This document shows, one piece after another, positions 26,336-38,483 of a stretch of DNA of 56,103 nt. Each line of letters begins with the position of its first letter. Positions within the stretch are counted from its first letter, which is position 1. Both the position numbers and the translations under genes were made by a program. Under the pieces are notes generated by a model. It worked only from the letters and a program-made list of their open reading frames with translations, did not search any database and was not told the DNA's origin. Source of the stretch: an uncultured Solirubrobacteraceae bacterium (lineage in GTDB: Bacteria; Actinomycetota; Thermoleophilia; Solirubrobacterales; Solirubrobacteraceae); the NCBI GenBank assembly GCA_964588985.1, contig CAZPQW010000022.1, positions 1-56,103 of the forward strand, read 5' to 3'.

Positions 26336-27754
26336 ATGATAAAACGCAAATGGCTGGTCTCCCTCATCGTGTGCGTAGGGGTGTTCATGTCGAGCCTCGA
26401 CCTGTTCATCGTCAACATCGCCTTTCCGGCGATCGGCAAGCATTTCGGCGGCGCCTCGCTGTCGTCGCTGTCGTGGATCCTGAGCGGCTACGCGATCGTG
26501 TTCGCGGCGCTGCTCGTGCCGGCTGGTCGCTGGGCGGACGCATTCGGGCGCAAGCGCGCGTTCCTGCTCGGTCTCGGCGTGTTCGTGCTGGCGAGCACCG
26601 CGTGCGCGCTCGCGCCTTCGGTGGGCGTGCTGATCGCAGCGCGCGTGGTGCAGGCGGCGGGCGGCGCGCTGATGCTTCCGACCTCGCTGGGTCTGATGCT
26701 GCCGGAGTTCGGCCCGCACGAGCGCCACGTGGCGATCGGCGTGTGGGCGGCGACGGGCGGCATCGCCGCTGCCGCGGGCCCGCCCCTCGGCGGACTGCTC
26801 GTGCAGGCGGATTGGCGGCTGGTGTTCCTGGTGAACGTGCCGGTGGGCCTCGCGGGGCTGGTCTTCGGCCTGCGGACGCTCGTCGAGCGCCGTGAGGTCG
26901 GCGCGGGGCGCCCGGACGTGCTCGGGGCGTTCGCGCTGATCGCGGCGATCGGCTCGTTGGTGGTGGCGATCGTGAAGGGCCAGGAATGGGGTTGGGGCTC
27001 GCCGGGGATCCTCGCCCTGCTGGTCGCGACGGCGCTGCTGCTGCCGGCGATCTGGTGGCGCTCCGAACGCCACGCCGCTCCGGTGGTGGAGCCGGCGATG
27101 CTGCGCGTGCGGAGCTTCGGGCTGGCGGTCGGCGGCTCGGTGCTGTTCTTCGGCGGCTTCGGGGCGATGTTGCTCGGGGGCGTGCTGTTCCTGACGGGCG
27201 TGTGGCACGAGCAGGTGCTCACGGCCGGGCTGATGCTCTTCCCCGGCCCCGCGATGGCGACCGCGTTCAGCGTGCCCTCGGCGCGGCTGGGAGCGCGGAT
27301 CGGCTACCGCATCCCGGGCGTGGTCGGCTCGCTGCTGTTCGCCGCCGGCTCGGTGTGGTTCATCGCGAGGACCGGCAACCATCCCGCGTACGCGTCCCAG
27401 TTCCTGCCGGGGCAGATCATCACCGGTGCGGGCGTCGGCCTCGTGATCCCGACGCTCACCGGCGCGGGCGCGTCCTCGCTCGCCCCGGAGCGCTTCGCGA
27501 CAGGCGCCGCGGTGCTGACGATGGGTCGCCAGATCGGCGCCGCGCTGGGCGTGGCTGTACTCGTGGCGGTGCTCGGCACCTCGGCGAGCACCGCCGCGGA
27601 CTTCCACTCCGCGTGGCTGATCACGGTCGCCGGCGGTCTCGCCACGGGCCTCGCGCTCGCTGCGATCGGGCCGCACACGCGTGGCTCAGAAGTTCCAGCC
27701 GCCGTAGTCGAAGATCAGAAGGCGCTGGCTGTCCCGAGCGCGATCTTGCGCTGA
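26336..27754 (+). CDS. DHA2-family MFS transporter
   Basis: LDLFIVNIAFP, GRWADAFGRKR, ARVVQAAG, GPPLGG...WRLVFLVNVPVG; TAGGGT 7 nt before ATG. Confidence 0.92.
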   Translation: MIKRKWLVSLIVCVGVFMSSLDLFIVNIAFPAIGKHFGGASLSSLSWILSGYAIVFAALLVPAGRWADAFGRKRAFLLGLGVFVLASTACALAPSVGVLIAARVVQAAGGALMLPTSLGLMLPEFGPHERHVAIGVWAATGGIAAAAGPPLGGLLVQADWRLVFLVNVPVGLAGLVFGLRTLVERREVGAGRPDVLGAFALIAAIGSLVVAIVKGQEWGWGSPGILALLVATALLLPAIWWRSERHAAPVVEPAMLRVRSFGLAVGGSVLFFGGFGAMLLGGVLFLTGVWHEQVLTAGLMLFPGPAMATAFSVPSARLGARIGYRIPGVVGSLLFAAGSVWFIARTGNHPAYASQFLPGQIITGAGVGLVIPTLTGAGASSLAPERFATGAAVLTMGRQIGAALGVAVLVAVLGTSASTAADFHSAWLITVAGGLATGLALAAIGPHTRGSEVPAAVVEDQKALAVPSAILR

Positions 27755-27762
27755 GCGGGCGC

Positions 27763-28371
27763 TCAGCTGGAGATCGTCGCGTCCCCGCCGCCGAACTCGG
27801 CGTGTTCCGCTGCGATCGGGTCGAGGGGCACGAGCGCGCCGTTGGGCACGCGCGTGACGCCCGCCATGTTGTGCCCCGAGCGCCGGTAGAGGGCGGCGCG
27901 GATGACCATGCCGTGGCACACCACCAGCGCGGGCAGCGCGCTGTCGCGTTCAATCTCCTCCAGCGCGGCGCTGACGCGCTCCTCCTGGTCGGTGAACGAC
28001 TCCCCGCTGGGGAATGCGAACGTGGGGTCGCACGCTACGAAAGCGTCGAACAGCTCGGGCGTCTGCGCGCGCACGTCCTGGAAGCTGCGATCGGTCCACT
28101 CGCCCGCGTCGGTCTCCATCAGCCGCGGGTCCTCGAGGGGCTCCAGCCCCAGTCGGGCGCCGACCGCGTCGGCGGTTTCGCGGGCGCGCAGCAACGGGCT
28201 GCACCACAGCGCGCGGAAGCCATATGCGGCTGCACGCTCGGCGAGCTCCAGCGCCTGCTCGCGTCCGGTGTCGTCGAGCGGGATCGCCTGCTGCCCCTGG
28301 AAGCGGCCCTCGCGGTTGTAGGCGGTCTGGCCGTGACGGGCCAGGTAGACGCTGTTGATATGCCCGCCCAC
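27763..28371 (-). CDS. Histidine phosphatase family protein
   Basis: YLARHGQT...FQG..PL...G, SPLLRARETA, E.D.GEW, GES, VCHG. Start uncertain (GTG 28371). Confidence 0.85.
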   Translation of the reverse strand: MGGHINSVYLARHGQTAYNREGRFQGQQAIPLDDTGREQALELAERAAAYGFRALWCSPLLRARETADAVGARLGLEPLEDPRLMETDAGEWTDRSFQDVRAQTPELFDAFVACDPTFAFPSGESFTDQEERVSAALEEIERDSALPALVVCHGMVIRAALYRRSGHNMAGVTRVPNGALVPLDPIAAEHAEFGGGDATISS

Positions 28372-28379
28372 CCGCTCGG

Positions 28380-30689
<2,310 letters not shown>

Positions 30690-30730
30690 CTAGTTCATGT
30701 CGGTTGTTAGCGGGATGAACAGCGCACGAG

Positions 30731-30759
30731 TTGAAACGTACGCACATCGGGTGTACAAT
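30731..30759 (+). promoter_or_regulatory. Sigma70-type promoter of the TA operon (leaderless) with inverted repeat
   Basis: TTGAAA-17 nt-TACAAT, 7 nt before GTG 30767; imperfect inverted repeat GTACGC-N7-GTGTAC across the spacer. Confidence 0.7.
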
Positions 30760-30766
30760 CCCAGTC

Positions 30767-31042
30767 GTGGCTACCGAAAGCAAGACCCAGCGTTGGAACA
30801 TGCGGGTGGCAGAGGATGTCGATGCGATCGTGCGGCTGGCAGCCGAGCAGAACGATCAGCCGTTGACCGACTTCGTAGTCCAGGCGGCACGTGTGGTTGC
30901 CGAGGACACGCTTGCTGATCGGCGAGTGTTTCGTCTCGACGAGGCTGCCTGGGATGAGTTCGTCGAGATACTCGATCGGCCGGCCCGGCCGGTTCCTGAG
31001 TTTGCCCGGCTGCTGTCATCCGCCAGCGTGTTCGACGACTAG
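30767..31042 (+). CDS. DUF1778 (TacA-like) RHH antitoxin
   Basis: KTQRWNMRV...IVRLAA...LTDFV.QAA...AE..LAD...F.LD...WDEF...LDRP. Confidence 0.9.
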   Translation: MATESKTQRWNMRVAEDVDAIVRLAAEQNDQPLTDFVVQAARVVAEDTLADRRVFRLDEAAWDEFVEILDRPARPVPEFARLLSSASVFDD

Positions 31043-31047
31043 CTTCT

Positions 31048-31551
31048 GTGAGCTTTCACAAGCCGGTCCCGCTCGAGGCGCGTCATCGTGCCGAGCACTT
31101 CCAGAGTGGAGTCGCGTCGCTCGACGAGTGGCTCCGCAGGCACGCTCTTCAGAGTCATCGCAGCGGAGCGTCGCGCGTGTTCGTCACGACCGAGACGGAG
31201 CCGGATGTCGCCGGGTACTACGCGCTCGCGGCTGGTGCGGTCATGCCCCGCGAAGCGACCGCGAGGCTCGCACGTGGCCTGGCAGCGAACCAGCCGGTGC
31301 CTGTCGTCCTCCTGGGTCGCCTTGCCGTCGATGTGCGCCACCAGGGCCGACACCTTGGACGCTCGCTGCTACTGGACGCGATGACCCGCGTCCTGCAGGC
31401 CGGCGAGCTGATCGGGGTTCGTGCCCTGCTCGTCCACGCGATCGATGAGCGGGCACGGGACTGGTATGCGCAGTTCGGCTTTGAACGCTCACCGACGCAC
31501 CCGCTCCACCTGCTCCTCTTGACCAAGGATCTTCGGGCAACAATCGAGTAG
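31048..31551 (+). CDS. GNAT acetyltransferase toxin (TacT/AtaT-like)
   Basis: F.SG...LDEWL, VAGYYAL, PVVLLGRLAVD...QGRHLGRSLL.DA, LLVHAIDE.A..WY..FGF. Confidence 0.9.
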   Translation: MSFHKPVPLEARHRAEHFQSGVASLDEWLRRHALQSHRSGASRVFVTTETEPDVAGYYALAAGAVMPREATARLARGLAANQPVPVVLLGRLAVDVRHQGRHLGRSLLLDAMTRVLQAGELIGVRALLVHAIDERARDWYAQFGFERSPTHPLHLLLLTKDLRATIE

Positions 31552-31566
31552 TCCTAGACTCCACCC

Positions 31567-33798
31567 ATGCGCCGGCGCGTCACGTTCTCCCGCAACCTGA
31601 CGCTGTCGCTGTCGCGCACCTGCCAGTGCTACTGCAAGTACTGCGCGTTCGCCACCCACCAGGCCCACCTGTACAGCCCCGACGAGGTCATCGAGATCCT
31701 GGACGGCGCGTCCAAGCGCCAGGTCAAGGAGCTGCTTGTCCTGACCGGCGAGAAACCTGAGGTCAACCCGCAGGTGGCGGGGAAACTGGCGGAGTACGGG
31801 CACGAGGACTTCACGGCGTACGTGGTGTGGGTGTGCGAGCGGGCGCTCGAGCGGGGCCTTCTGCCGCACACGAACCTGGGCGTGCTCGCACGCTCTGACC
31901 TGGCTCGTCTGCGCGAGGTGACGGCGTCGCAGGGGCTGATGCTGGAGTCGATCTCCGAGCGGCTGATGGAGACGGTGCATGCGGGCTCGCCGACGAAGCA
32001 CCCGGCGCGGCGCCTGGAGACGATCGCGGCGGCGGGCGAGCTGAAGATCCCGTTCACGAGCGGCATTCTGGTGGGCATCGGCGAGACCGAGCAGGAGCGC
32101 GTCGAATCGCTCGAAGCGCTCGCGCGCGTGCACGAGCGCCACGGCCACATCCAGGAGGTGATCCTGCAGAACTTCGTGCCCCACCAGCGCTACTACGGCC
32201 AGGAGCCCGCGCAGATCGCGGACGCGGCGGCGCGCGACTATTGGCGCACGGGCGTGGCCGACCATCGCCCGGACCTGCCGCTGCCCGCGTGGGCGTGTCC
32301 TGTCGACATCGGTGACATGAAGCGCCTGATCGCGGAGGCGCGCAGGCTGATGCCGGATGTGGGTATCCAGATCCCGCCGAACCTGGCGGATTGGTGGGGC
32401 GAGCTGGTGGCGGCGGGCGCGACCGACCTGGGAGGGCTGAGCGCGAACGGCGACCACATCTCTCCGGAGCACCCGTTCCCCTCGCCGCACCAGGTGCGCA
32501 AGCAACTGCAGGCGGATGGTGTGGCGTTGACGGAGCGGCTGTGCGTTTACCCGCGGTACATCGACCCGGAGTGGATCGCCCCGGCGGTGATGGACACGAT
32601 CAAGGTGAAGTACTGGAGCTTCATCCCGAGGCGCGGCTCCGGCCGCACCGAGCCGCCGGCGCCGATCCGCCCGGACCTGGTGGCGGGCGCGATCGAGAAG
32701 GGCCGCGACGGGCGCGCGCTGAGTGCGGAGGAGCTGACGGCGATGTTCGCGGAGACGCGCGCGGAGGTGATCGAGGATATGCGCCAGGCGGCGGACGATC
32801 TGCGCGCGGAGCTGGCGGGGGAGACGGTGACGTTCGTGGTGAACCGCAACATCAACGTGTCGAACGTGTGCACGGTTGGATGCGCGTTCTGCGGCTTCGG
32901 CCAGGGCAAGCGCTCGCCGGACGCCTACGAGCACGACGAGCGCGAGTTCGTTTCGCGCATCCACGCGGCGATCGACTACGGCGCGAGCGAGCTGTGCATC
33001 CAATCGGGCATCCACCCCGACTGGCAGCTGGAGGACTACCTCGGCTGGCTGCGCCTGGCGAAGAGGACGGCGCAGGAGGCGGGTACGGAACTGCACCTAC
33101 ACGCCTACAGCCCGATGGAGATCGCGCACATGTGCGACATCTCCGGACTGCCACCGTCGGAGGTGTTCGCGCGGCTGCGCGACGCGGGCCTCGGCTCGAC
33201 GCCGGGCACCGCTGCGGAGGTGCTCCACGACGGGGTGCGCGAGCGGATCTCGCCGAACAAGCTGCCGGTGGCGCGCTGGGTGGAGATAATCGAGGCGTCG
33301 CACAACGCGGGTCTGCGCTCGACGGCGACGGTGATGTTCGGCCACATCGAGGAGCCGTGGGAGCTGGCGGAGCACATGCGCGTGGTGCGCGAGCTGCAGG
33401 AGCGCACGGGTGGGATCACGGAGTTCGTGCCGCTGTCGTTCATCCCGTTCCAGACGCTGTTGGGGCGCACGCACGGGGTGGAGGAGATCGCGCGCGAGGA
33501 GAACCTCAAGCACACGGCGGTGTTCCGCCTGGCGCTCGGCCGCACGATTCCGAGCCTGCAGGCGAGCTGGGTGAAGATGGGCCTGGAGGCGGCGACGGAG
33601 TCGCTGCGCTGGGGGGTGAACGACCTGGGCGGGACGCTGATGGAGGAGTCGATCAGTCGCCTTGCGGGCAGCTACCACGGCACGAAGCTCGACCCCGACC
33701 AGCTGGTGGCGGCGGCCCACGACGCGGGACGCCCGGCTGCGGAGCGCACGACGCTGTATGAGATCCGCCGTCGCTACGAGCTGTCCGTGGCGGCCTGA
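31567..33798 (+). CDS. fbiC: Bifunctional FO synthase (CofG-CofH fusion)
   Basis: Two radical-SAM motifs, CQCYCKYC and CTVGCAFC; LLPHTN.G, GLMLES, PFTSGILVGIGE, PGTAAE, QASWVK.G, NDLGGTLMEESISR; TAGACT 6 nt before ATG. Confidence 0.95.
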   Translation: MRRRVTFSRNLTLSLSRTCQCYCKYCAFATHQAHLYSPDEVIEILDGASKRQVKELLVLTGEKPEVNPQVAGKLAEYGHEDFTAYVVWVCERALERGLLPHTNLGVLARSDLARLREVTASQGLMLESISERLMETVHAGSPTKHPARRLETIAAAGELKIPFTSGILVGIGETEQERVESLEALARVHERHGHIQEVILQNFVPHQRYYGQEPAQIADAAARDYWRTGVADHRPDLPLPAWACPVDIGDMKRLIAEARRLMPDVGIQIPPNLADWWGELVAAGATDLGGLSANGDHISPEHPFPSPHQVRKQLQADGVALTERLCVYPRYIDPEWIAPAVMDTIKVKYWSFIPRRGSGRTEPPAPIRPDLVAGAIEKGRDGRALSAEELTAMFAETRAEVIEDMRQAADDLRAELAGETVTFVVNRNINVSNVCTVGCAFCGFGQGKRSPDAYEHDEREFVSRIHAAIDYGASELCIQSGIHPDWQLEDYLGWLRLAKRTAQEAGTELHLHAYSPMEIAHMCDISGLPPSEVFARLRDAGLGSTPGTAAEVLHDGVRERISPNKLPVARWVEIIEASHNAGLRSTATVMFGHIEEPWELAEHMRVVRELQERTGGITEFVPLSFIPFQTLLGRTHGVEEIAREENLKHTAVFRLALGRTIPSLQASWVKMGLEAATESLRWGVNDLGGTLMEESISRLAGSYHGTKLDPDQLVAAAHDAGRPAAERTTLYEIRRRYELSVAA

Positions 33799-34307
33799 GA
33801 CCCGGCCTGGAGCTCGATCACGAGCGGCACGCCGTGCTCGAACCAGCTGCGGTGCAGCTCTTCGATCTTCGCCCGGGTCGGGCGTCCGGAGCGGTGGAAC
33901 ATGCACTCGACGTAGTCGAACGGGTTGACGGTCCGGCAGTAGATCTCCTCGGCGTGTGCGATGTCCGCCGGCTCGGTGAGCTCGCGTGCGAGGCCGGTGA
34001 AGGACCCGTCGCGTAGTCGCAGCTCGACTGTTGGGTTGGCGCGGATGTTCAGCACCCACGCCGATATGTGGCGTGTGCGGATCGCGCTCTCGGTCGGGCG
34101 GATCATCACGATGTAAACCCTGTCGCCTCGCCGGATCGCGTGGATGCATTTGCGGCGTCGCTTGCCCGTCTTGCGTCCGGTCGTGGTCAGCACGCCGAAC
34201 CCTCGTGGCGGAAGGACGACGAAGAACGGCAGCATCACCGCGCTGATGGTGCGACCGCCTGACGCCGATTTGGTGAACGGATTGCCCGCGCGCTCGGGTA
34301 GTTGCAT
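33774..34307 (-). CDS. Deazaflavin-dependent nitroreductase family (DUF385/Ddn-like)
   Basis: LTTTGRKTGKRR and WVLNIRANP.V motifs; 3' end overlaps fbiC by 25 nt. Confidence 0.85.
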   Translation of the reverse strand: MQLPERAGNPFTKSASGGRTISAVMLPFFVVLPPRGFGVLTTTGRKTGKRRRKCIHAIRRGDRVYIVMIRPTESAIRTRHISAWVLNIRANPTVELRLRDGSFTGLARELTEPADIAHAEEIYCRTVNPFDYVECMFHRSGRPTRAKIEELHRSWFEHGVPLVIELQAGSQAATDSS

Positions 34308-34318
34308 GCTCCGGCCTC

Positions 34319-35254
34319 CTAGCCGTTCAGGCTCCGCACCGCCGCGGCGATGGCGTCTGGGTGGGTGTAGGGCGCCATGTGCCCGCCGCTGACCATCACG
34401 AGCCGCGCGTGGGGGAGGGTGGCGGCGAGGCGTCGGCCGTGGATCGGCTTGACGAGCTCGTCGTGGTCGCCCTGGATCACGACGGCGGGCGCGGCTATCG
34501 TGCCGAGCCCCGCGTCGATGTCCGCGATGACGCCGTTGGCAGCCAGCTGCTCGCCGGCGAGCGCTTCGAGGTTGCCGTGCGTCATGTTGATGGCGAGGAC
34601 GCGCCGGTGATGGGCGGGAGCGACGGGCTGCGGATGGAAGGCTTCGGCTTCGGCACGGTTGACGGACACGGTGAGGAGCAGCTGGCCGAACGTGGCGTTG
34701 GCGACCTGCCTGATGACGGGCAGCTGCAGGGCCTGTACGAAATGCGCCTGCACCTGGGCGAACGTGCCGAGGCGCTGGCCGGCGGCGGCGGCGTCGACGA
34801 GCACGAGCCCCTGCACCTCGCTGGAGTGGCGCTCGGCGAACCCGAGCGCGATGGTGCCGCCGTATGAGTGTCCGACGAGGATGACTCGCGGGATGTGCAG
34901 GCGGTGGAGCAATTCGTCGATCGTCTGTATCTGCGTGTCGAAGGGCACGTAGCCGCCGCTGGAGTAGCCGAAGCCGGGCCGGTCGATGGCGATGGTGCGA
35001 TGGCCGGCGAGCATTGGCACTACGTCTTCGAAGTCTTCGGCGGTGCCGGGCAGGCCGTGGATCAGCAGGATGGGCGTGCCGGTCCCGGGGCGTTCGAGGT
35101 AGCGGATCCGCAGCTTGCCGATCTGGATGAACGAGCCCGTCGGCCTGGGCTCGGCGGGCAGCCTGCCGTAGGTCCAGTTGAGCGCGACGACCGCGAGCAG
35201 GAGCACGAGGGCGATGAGGCGCAGCAATTTGCGGGGCCGAATCAATCCGAACAT
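34319..35254 (-). CDS. Alpha/beta hydrolase with N-terminal membrane anchor
   Basis: LIHGLPG, DRPGFG, nucleophile GHSYGG, QGDHD, GGH; TAGGCT 7 nt before ATG. Confidence 0.9.
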   Translation of the reverse strand: MFGLIRPRKLLRLIALVLLLAVVALNWTYGRLPAEPRPTGSFIQIGKLRIRYLERPGTGTPILLIHGLPGTAEDFEDVVPMLAGHRTIAIDRPGFGYSSGGYVPFDTQIQTIDELLHRLHIPRVILVGHSYGGTIALGFAERHSSEVQGLVLVDAAAAGQRLGTFAQVQAHFVQALQLPVIRQVANATFGQLLLTVSVNRAEAEAFHPQPVAPAHHRRVLAINMTHGNLEALAGEQLAANGVIADIDAGLGTIAAPAVVIQGDHDELVKPIHGRRLAATLPHARLVMVSGGHMAPYTHPDAIAAAVRSLNG

Positions 35255-35281
35255 CGCGCGCAGCCTATTCCAGTGGGCGCG

Positions 35282-37801
35282 TCAGTCCTGAAGCGCGAGC
35301 GACGCGGGCACTGAAGCGGCGAGGTAGCCGGGGATGGCGAGGATCGCGAGCGCGGCGGCGGCGACGAGCATGAGGCTGACCAGCGGGCGCAGGAGCGTGA
35401 TGGAGTAGACGACGGGGAAGTTGACGGCGCCGACGAGCGCGCGGTCGGCGAGCTGCTGGCCGTAGAGGCCGAACAGCGCCCCGGTGAGGCAGCCGACGCC
35501 CACCAGCACGAGGCTCTCGAAAAGCATCGTGCGCCACAGTTCGCCTCGACTGAGTCCCTCGATCCTGAGCTTGGCCAGGCGCGGGCGGCGCTGCCAGACC
35601 ATCGCGCCGGTGGCGGTGGCCATCGCGAGGATCGCGACGATCAGGATCAGCGTCGCGATTTCGCCGAGCCGAGCGAGCGCGGTGCGGCTGAGGGAGTCCT
35701 GCTGTTCGGCGCGCTGTTCGGAGGTGTGCACGGCCAGCCCCGAGGTGGGGCCGAGGGCTCGTCGGATCTCCGCTGCGCCTCGGGCGGGGGAGATACCGGC
35801 GTCGAAGAGGATGCCGTAGGCGCTCGCGTCGGTGCTTCCCCACACGCTTTCGTAGTCGGTCGCGTTCATGACGATCGCGCCGGGCGCCCAGCCGAGGTTG
35901 GTGGAGGTGCCCGCGAGGCGGAAGGGAACAGGATTGGCGGTCGGCAGCGTGAGGGCCTGGCCGACGTGGAGGTGGTGTTCGTCGGCGAGCGCCCGCGAGA
36001 GCACGAGCCAGCCGCCGGCGCGCACGCGTTCGTCGATCAGTTGCGTGTCGCTCTGCAACAGCTGTCCGTCGGGGAGCAGCGGCGTGGACTGGCGCGGAGG
36101 CGCGTCGACCAACACACGTCGGTTGCCGTAGTCGAGCAGGCCGCCGCGATAGACGCGCACGGCGCGGATTCCGGGCAGCCGTTCGAGCATGGTCTGCCGG
36201 TCGGGCGTAAACGACGCGGTGTCGAGTGTGTTGTAGGAGCCGGCGGGGGAGACCCACACCTGGGCGGAGGCGTTCGTTTCGCGCGCCGAGTCTTCGAGGC
36301 CGCTGAGCAGGTTGGCGTGTGCGCCCTGGAGCGTGACGCTGCCGAAGACCGCGATCGCGCCGGTGCCGGCGATGGCGACGGCTCGGCCACGGATCGCTCC
36401 CAGCTCCATCGCGGCGACGTGGGGGATGGGGCTGGCGATCCGCGACGCGATCCGTTTGACGAGCGCGAGCGTGGCGGCGAGCGCTATCGGGAGCTCCAAC
36501 AGGAGCGCGCCGACGAGCAGGACCATGGCCGCGATCGCCGCCCACGGCGCGGTGAGGAGGATCGCGGTGGCGAGCGCCGCGCAGCCGATGCCTGCGAGCG
36601 CGAGACGCCCGGCCCCGAGAGCCGCCGCGCGTGTTTCGCGAGGCCGGATCGCGGCGAGCGGGTCGCGCGAGAGGATGTCGCGAAGCGGGGTTAGCATCGC
36701 GGCGATCGTGGCCAGCATCCCCGCTCCACCCGCGACCCCGATGCTGTGGAGGCTCACGACCCGCTGGGAGCCGAGCGCGAAGGCGAGCGAGAGGAACGCG
36801 GGGTTGGGGTGGAACAGGTGGATGGAGAGCTCGTCGCCGAGTACGAGCCCGAGCGCGCATGCGAGCAGGCCGAGGACGATGGCGTCGAGGAGCAGCAGCG
36901 CGATGACGGTTGCGGGGGTGTATCCGTCGCGGCGCAGGCCGGCGACTAGCCGTCGTCGCTGGGGCACGCTGAGCAGCATGGCGTTGAACGCGAACAGGAA
37001 GCCGACGATGGCGCTGACCGCGGCGAACAGCTCGGTGGCGCGGTTGTTGGCGGAAGCGGCGGTGGAGAACAGGCGCTCGTCATAGCCGGTGCTCTCGACG
37101 TTCAGGCGCCCTCGGGCGATGGCGAGCAGCGAGGCGCGAACCAGCGCTTCGGCGCCCGCGGCCGGCTGGACGAGGATGCGGCTGATGTATCCGGGCCGTC
37201 CGCCGATTTCCTGCAGGGAGGAGAGCGGCGCGAGCGCGACGGGGCTCTCGATGAGCGGACCGATCTGGTGCTTCGAGAGCTGCGCGTAGAGCGGCAGCTC
37301 GGCCGAGCGCCCGGCGAGCTGGAGGTGGACTTCCTGGCCGAAGCGGCTCACGCCGACGGTCTGCGCGACGGGTGTGGGCAGCACCAGCGCCCCGATGCCC
37401 CCGAAGGGAGCTAGCGAGGTGTCGCGCACGAGCGCGCCGCCGAGCTTAGACAGTTGAGCGTCGGCTCCGATCAGCTCCACGGACTCCCTGCCCCGCGGCC
37501 CGATCGCGTCGGCCTCGGTTTCGAGCAGCGGCGCCGCGAGGAGCACTCCTGGGATGCCGCGAACGCGGGCGAGCGTGCTTTCGGGGAAGCCCTGCGGGCC
37601 GCGCGCGAGCAGCTGCAGGGTGGCGTTGCCGACGATGCCGTGCGAGAGCGTCGCCACAGAGCTCTGCAGGCTGGAGCTGGCGATCTGGGAGGCGAGGAGC
37701 AGCGCGACCCCCGCGGCGATCCCGACGAGCGCGAAGCACTCCTGCCAGAAACGCGCGCGCAGCCGCACCGTGTAGAGGCGCAGCGCGTTGGCGGGTCTCA
37801 C
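35282..37801 (-). CDS. MacB/FtsX-like ABC permease with two extracytoplasmic domains
   Basis: 839 aa; two repeats of TM, large loop and 3 TM; QRRRLVAGLRRDG and QRRPRLAKLRIEG FtsX-type motifs; GTGA overlap with the ATPase. Confidence 0.88.
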   Translation of the reverse strand: MRPANALRLYTVRLRARFWQECFALVGIAAGVALLLASQIASSSLQSSVATLSHGIVGNATLQLLARGPQGFPESTLARVRGIPGVLLAAPLLETEADAIGPRGRESVELIGADAQLSKLGGALVRDTSLAPFGGIGALVLPTPVAQTVGVSRFGQEVHLQLAGRSAELPLYAQLSKHQIGPLIESPVALAPLSSLQEIGGRPGYISRILVQPAAGAEALVRASLLAIARGRLNVESTGYDERLFSTAASANNRATELFAAVSAIVGFLFAFNAMLLSVPQRRRLVAGLRRDGYTPATVIALLLLDAIVLGLLACALGLVLGDELSIHLFHPNPAFLSLAFALGSQRVVSLHSIGVAGGAGMLATIAAMLTPLRDILSRDPLAAIRPRETRAAALGAGRLALAGIGCAALATAILLTAPWAAIAAMVLLVGALLLELPIALAATLALVKRIASRIASPIPHVAAMELGAIRGRAVAIAGTGAIAVFGSVTLQGAHANLLSGLEDSARETNASAQVWVSPAGSYNTLDTASFTPDRQTMLERLPGIRAVRVYRGGLLDYGNRRVLVDAPPRQSTPLLPDGQLLQSDTQLIDERVRAGGWLVLSRALADEHHLHVGQALTLPTANPVPFRLAGTSTNLGWAPGAIVMNATDYESVWGSTDASAYGILFDAGISPARGAAEIRRALGPTSGLAVHTSEQRAEQQDSLSRTALARLGEIATLILIVAILAMATATGAMVWQRRPRLAKLRIEGLSRGELWRTMLFESLVLVGVGCLTGALFGLYGQQLADRALVGAVNFPVVYSITLLRPLVSLMLVAAAALAILAIPGYLAASVPASLALQD

Positions 37802-38481
37802 ATCAGCCCTGACGCGTAGGCGGTGAAGCGCCCGTCGCGCAGCTCGAGCACGCGGTCGGCGTACTGGGCGGCCATGGGATCGTGGCTGACGAGCACGACG
37901 GCGATCTCGCGTTCGCTGCAAAGCTCGCGCAGCAGCTCGAGCACTTCGCGCCCGCGCTGGCTGTCGAGGCTGCCGGTGGGCTCGTCGGCGAGCAGCACCC
38001 TCGGGCTGGTGGAGAGCGCGCGGGCGATCATCACGCGCTGGCGCTCGCCCATCGAGAGCGTGTCGGCGCGGTGGTGAAGGCGCTCGCCCAGCCCGAGTCG
38101 TTCGAGCAGGGGCGTGACCGCGCGCTGCGCCTCGCGCCAGCGGAGCGTCCCGAGCAGCTTCAGGACGGCGTTGTCGAGCGCGCTGGCTCCGGGCAGCAGG
38201 TCGAAGCTCTGGTGGATGAAGCCGAGCTCGGAGAGCCTGAAGCGCGACGCCTCTCGCTCGGAGAGACTCGAGACGTCGCGCCGGTCGATCGTGATCGTCC
38301 CGGTGGTGGGGGCGAGCAGCATGGCGATCATCAGCAGCAGCGTGCTCTTGCCGGACCCGCTCGGGCCGAACAGCGCGAGCACTTCGCCGGGAGCAACATC
38401 GAGCGACACGCCGTCGATCGCGCGCACGGGCTCTCCCCCGACGGCGGGGTAGTGCTTCACCAGATCGCGCAGCTCGAGCAC
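37798..38481 (-). CDS. ABC ATP-binding protein, LolD/MacB type
   Basis: GPSGSGKST, GFIHQ, LSMGERQRV.IARAL, LLADEPTGSLD, VSHD. Confidence 0.95.
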   Translation of the reverse strand: MLELRDLVKHYPAVGGEPVRAIDGVSLDVAPGEVLALFGPSGSGKSTLLLMIAMLLAPTTGTITIDRRDVSSLSEREASRFRLSELGFIHQSFDLLPGASALDNAVLKLLGTLRWREAQRAVTPLLERLGLGERLHHRADTLSMGERQRVMIARALSTSPRVLLADEPTGSLDSQRGREVLELLRELCSEREIAVVLVSHDPMAAQYADRVLELRDGRFTAYASGLM

Positions 38482-38483
38482 GT

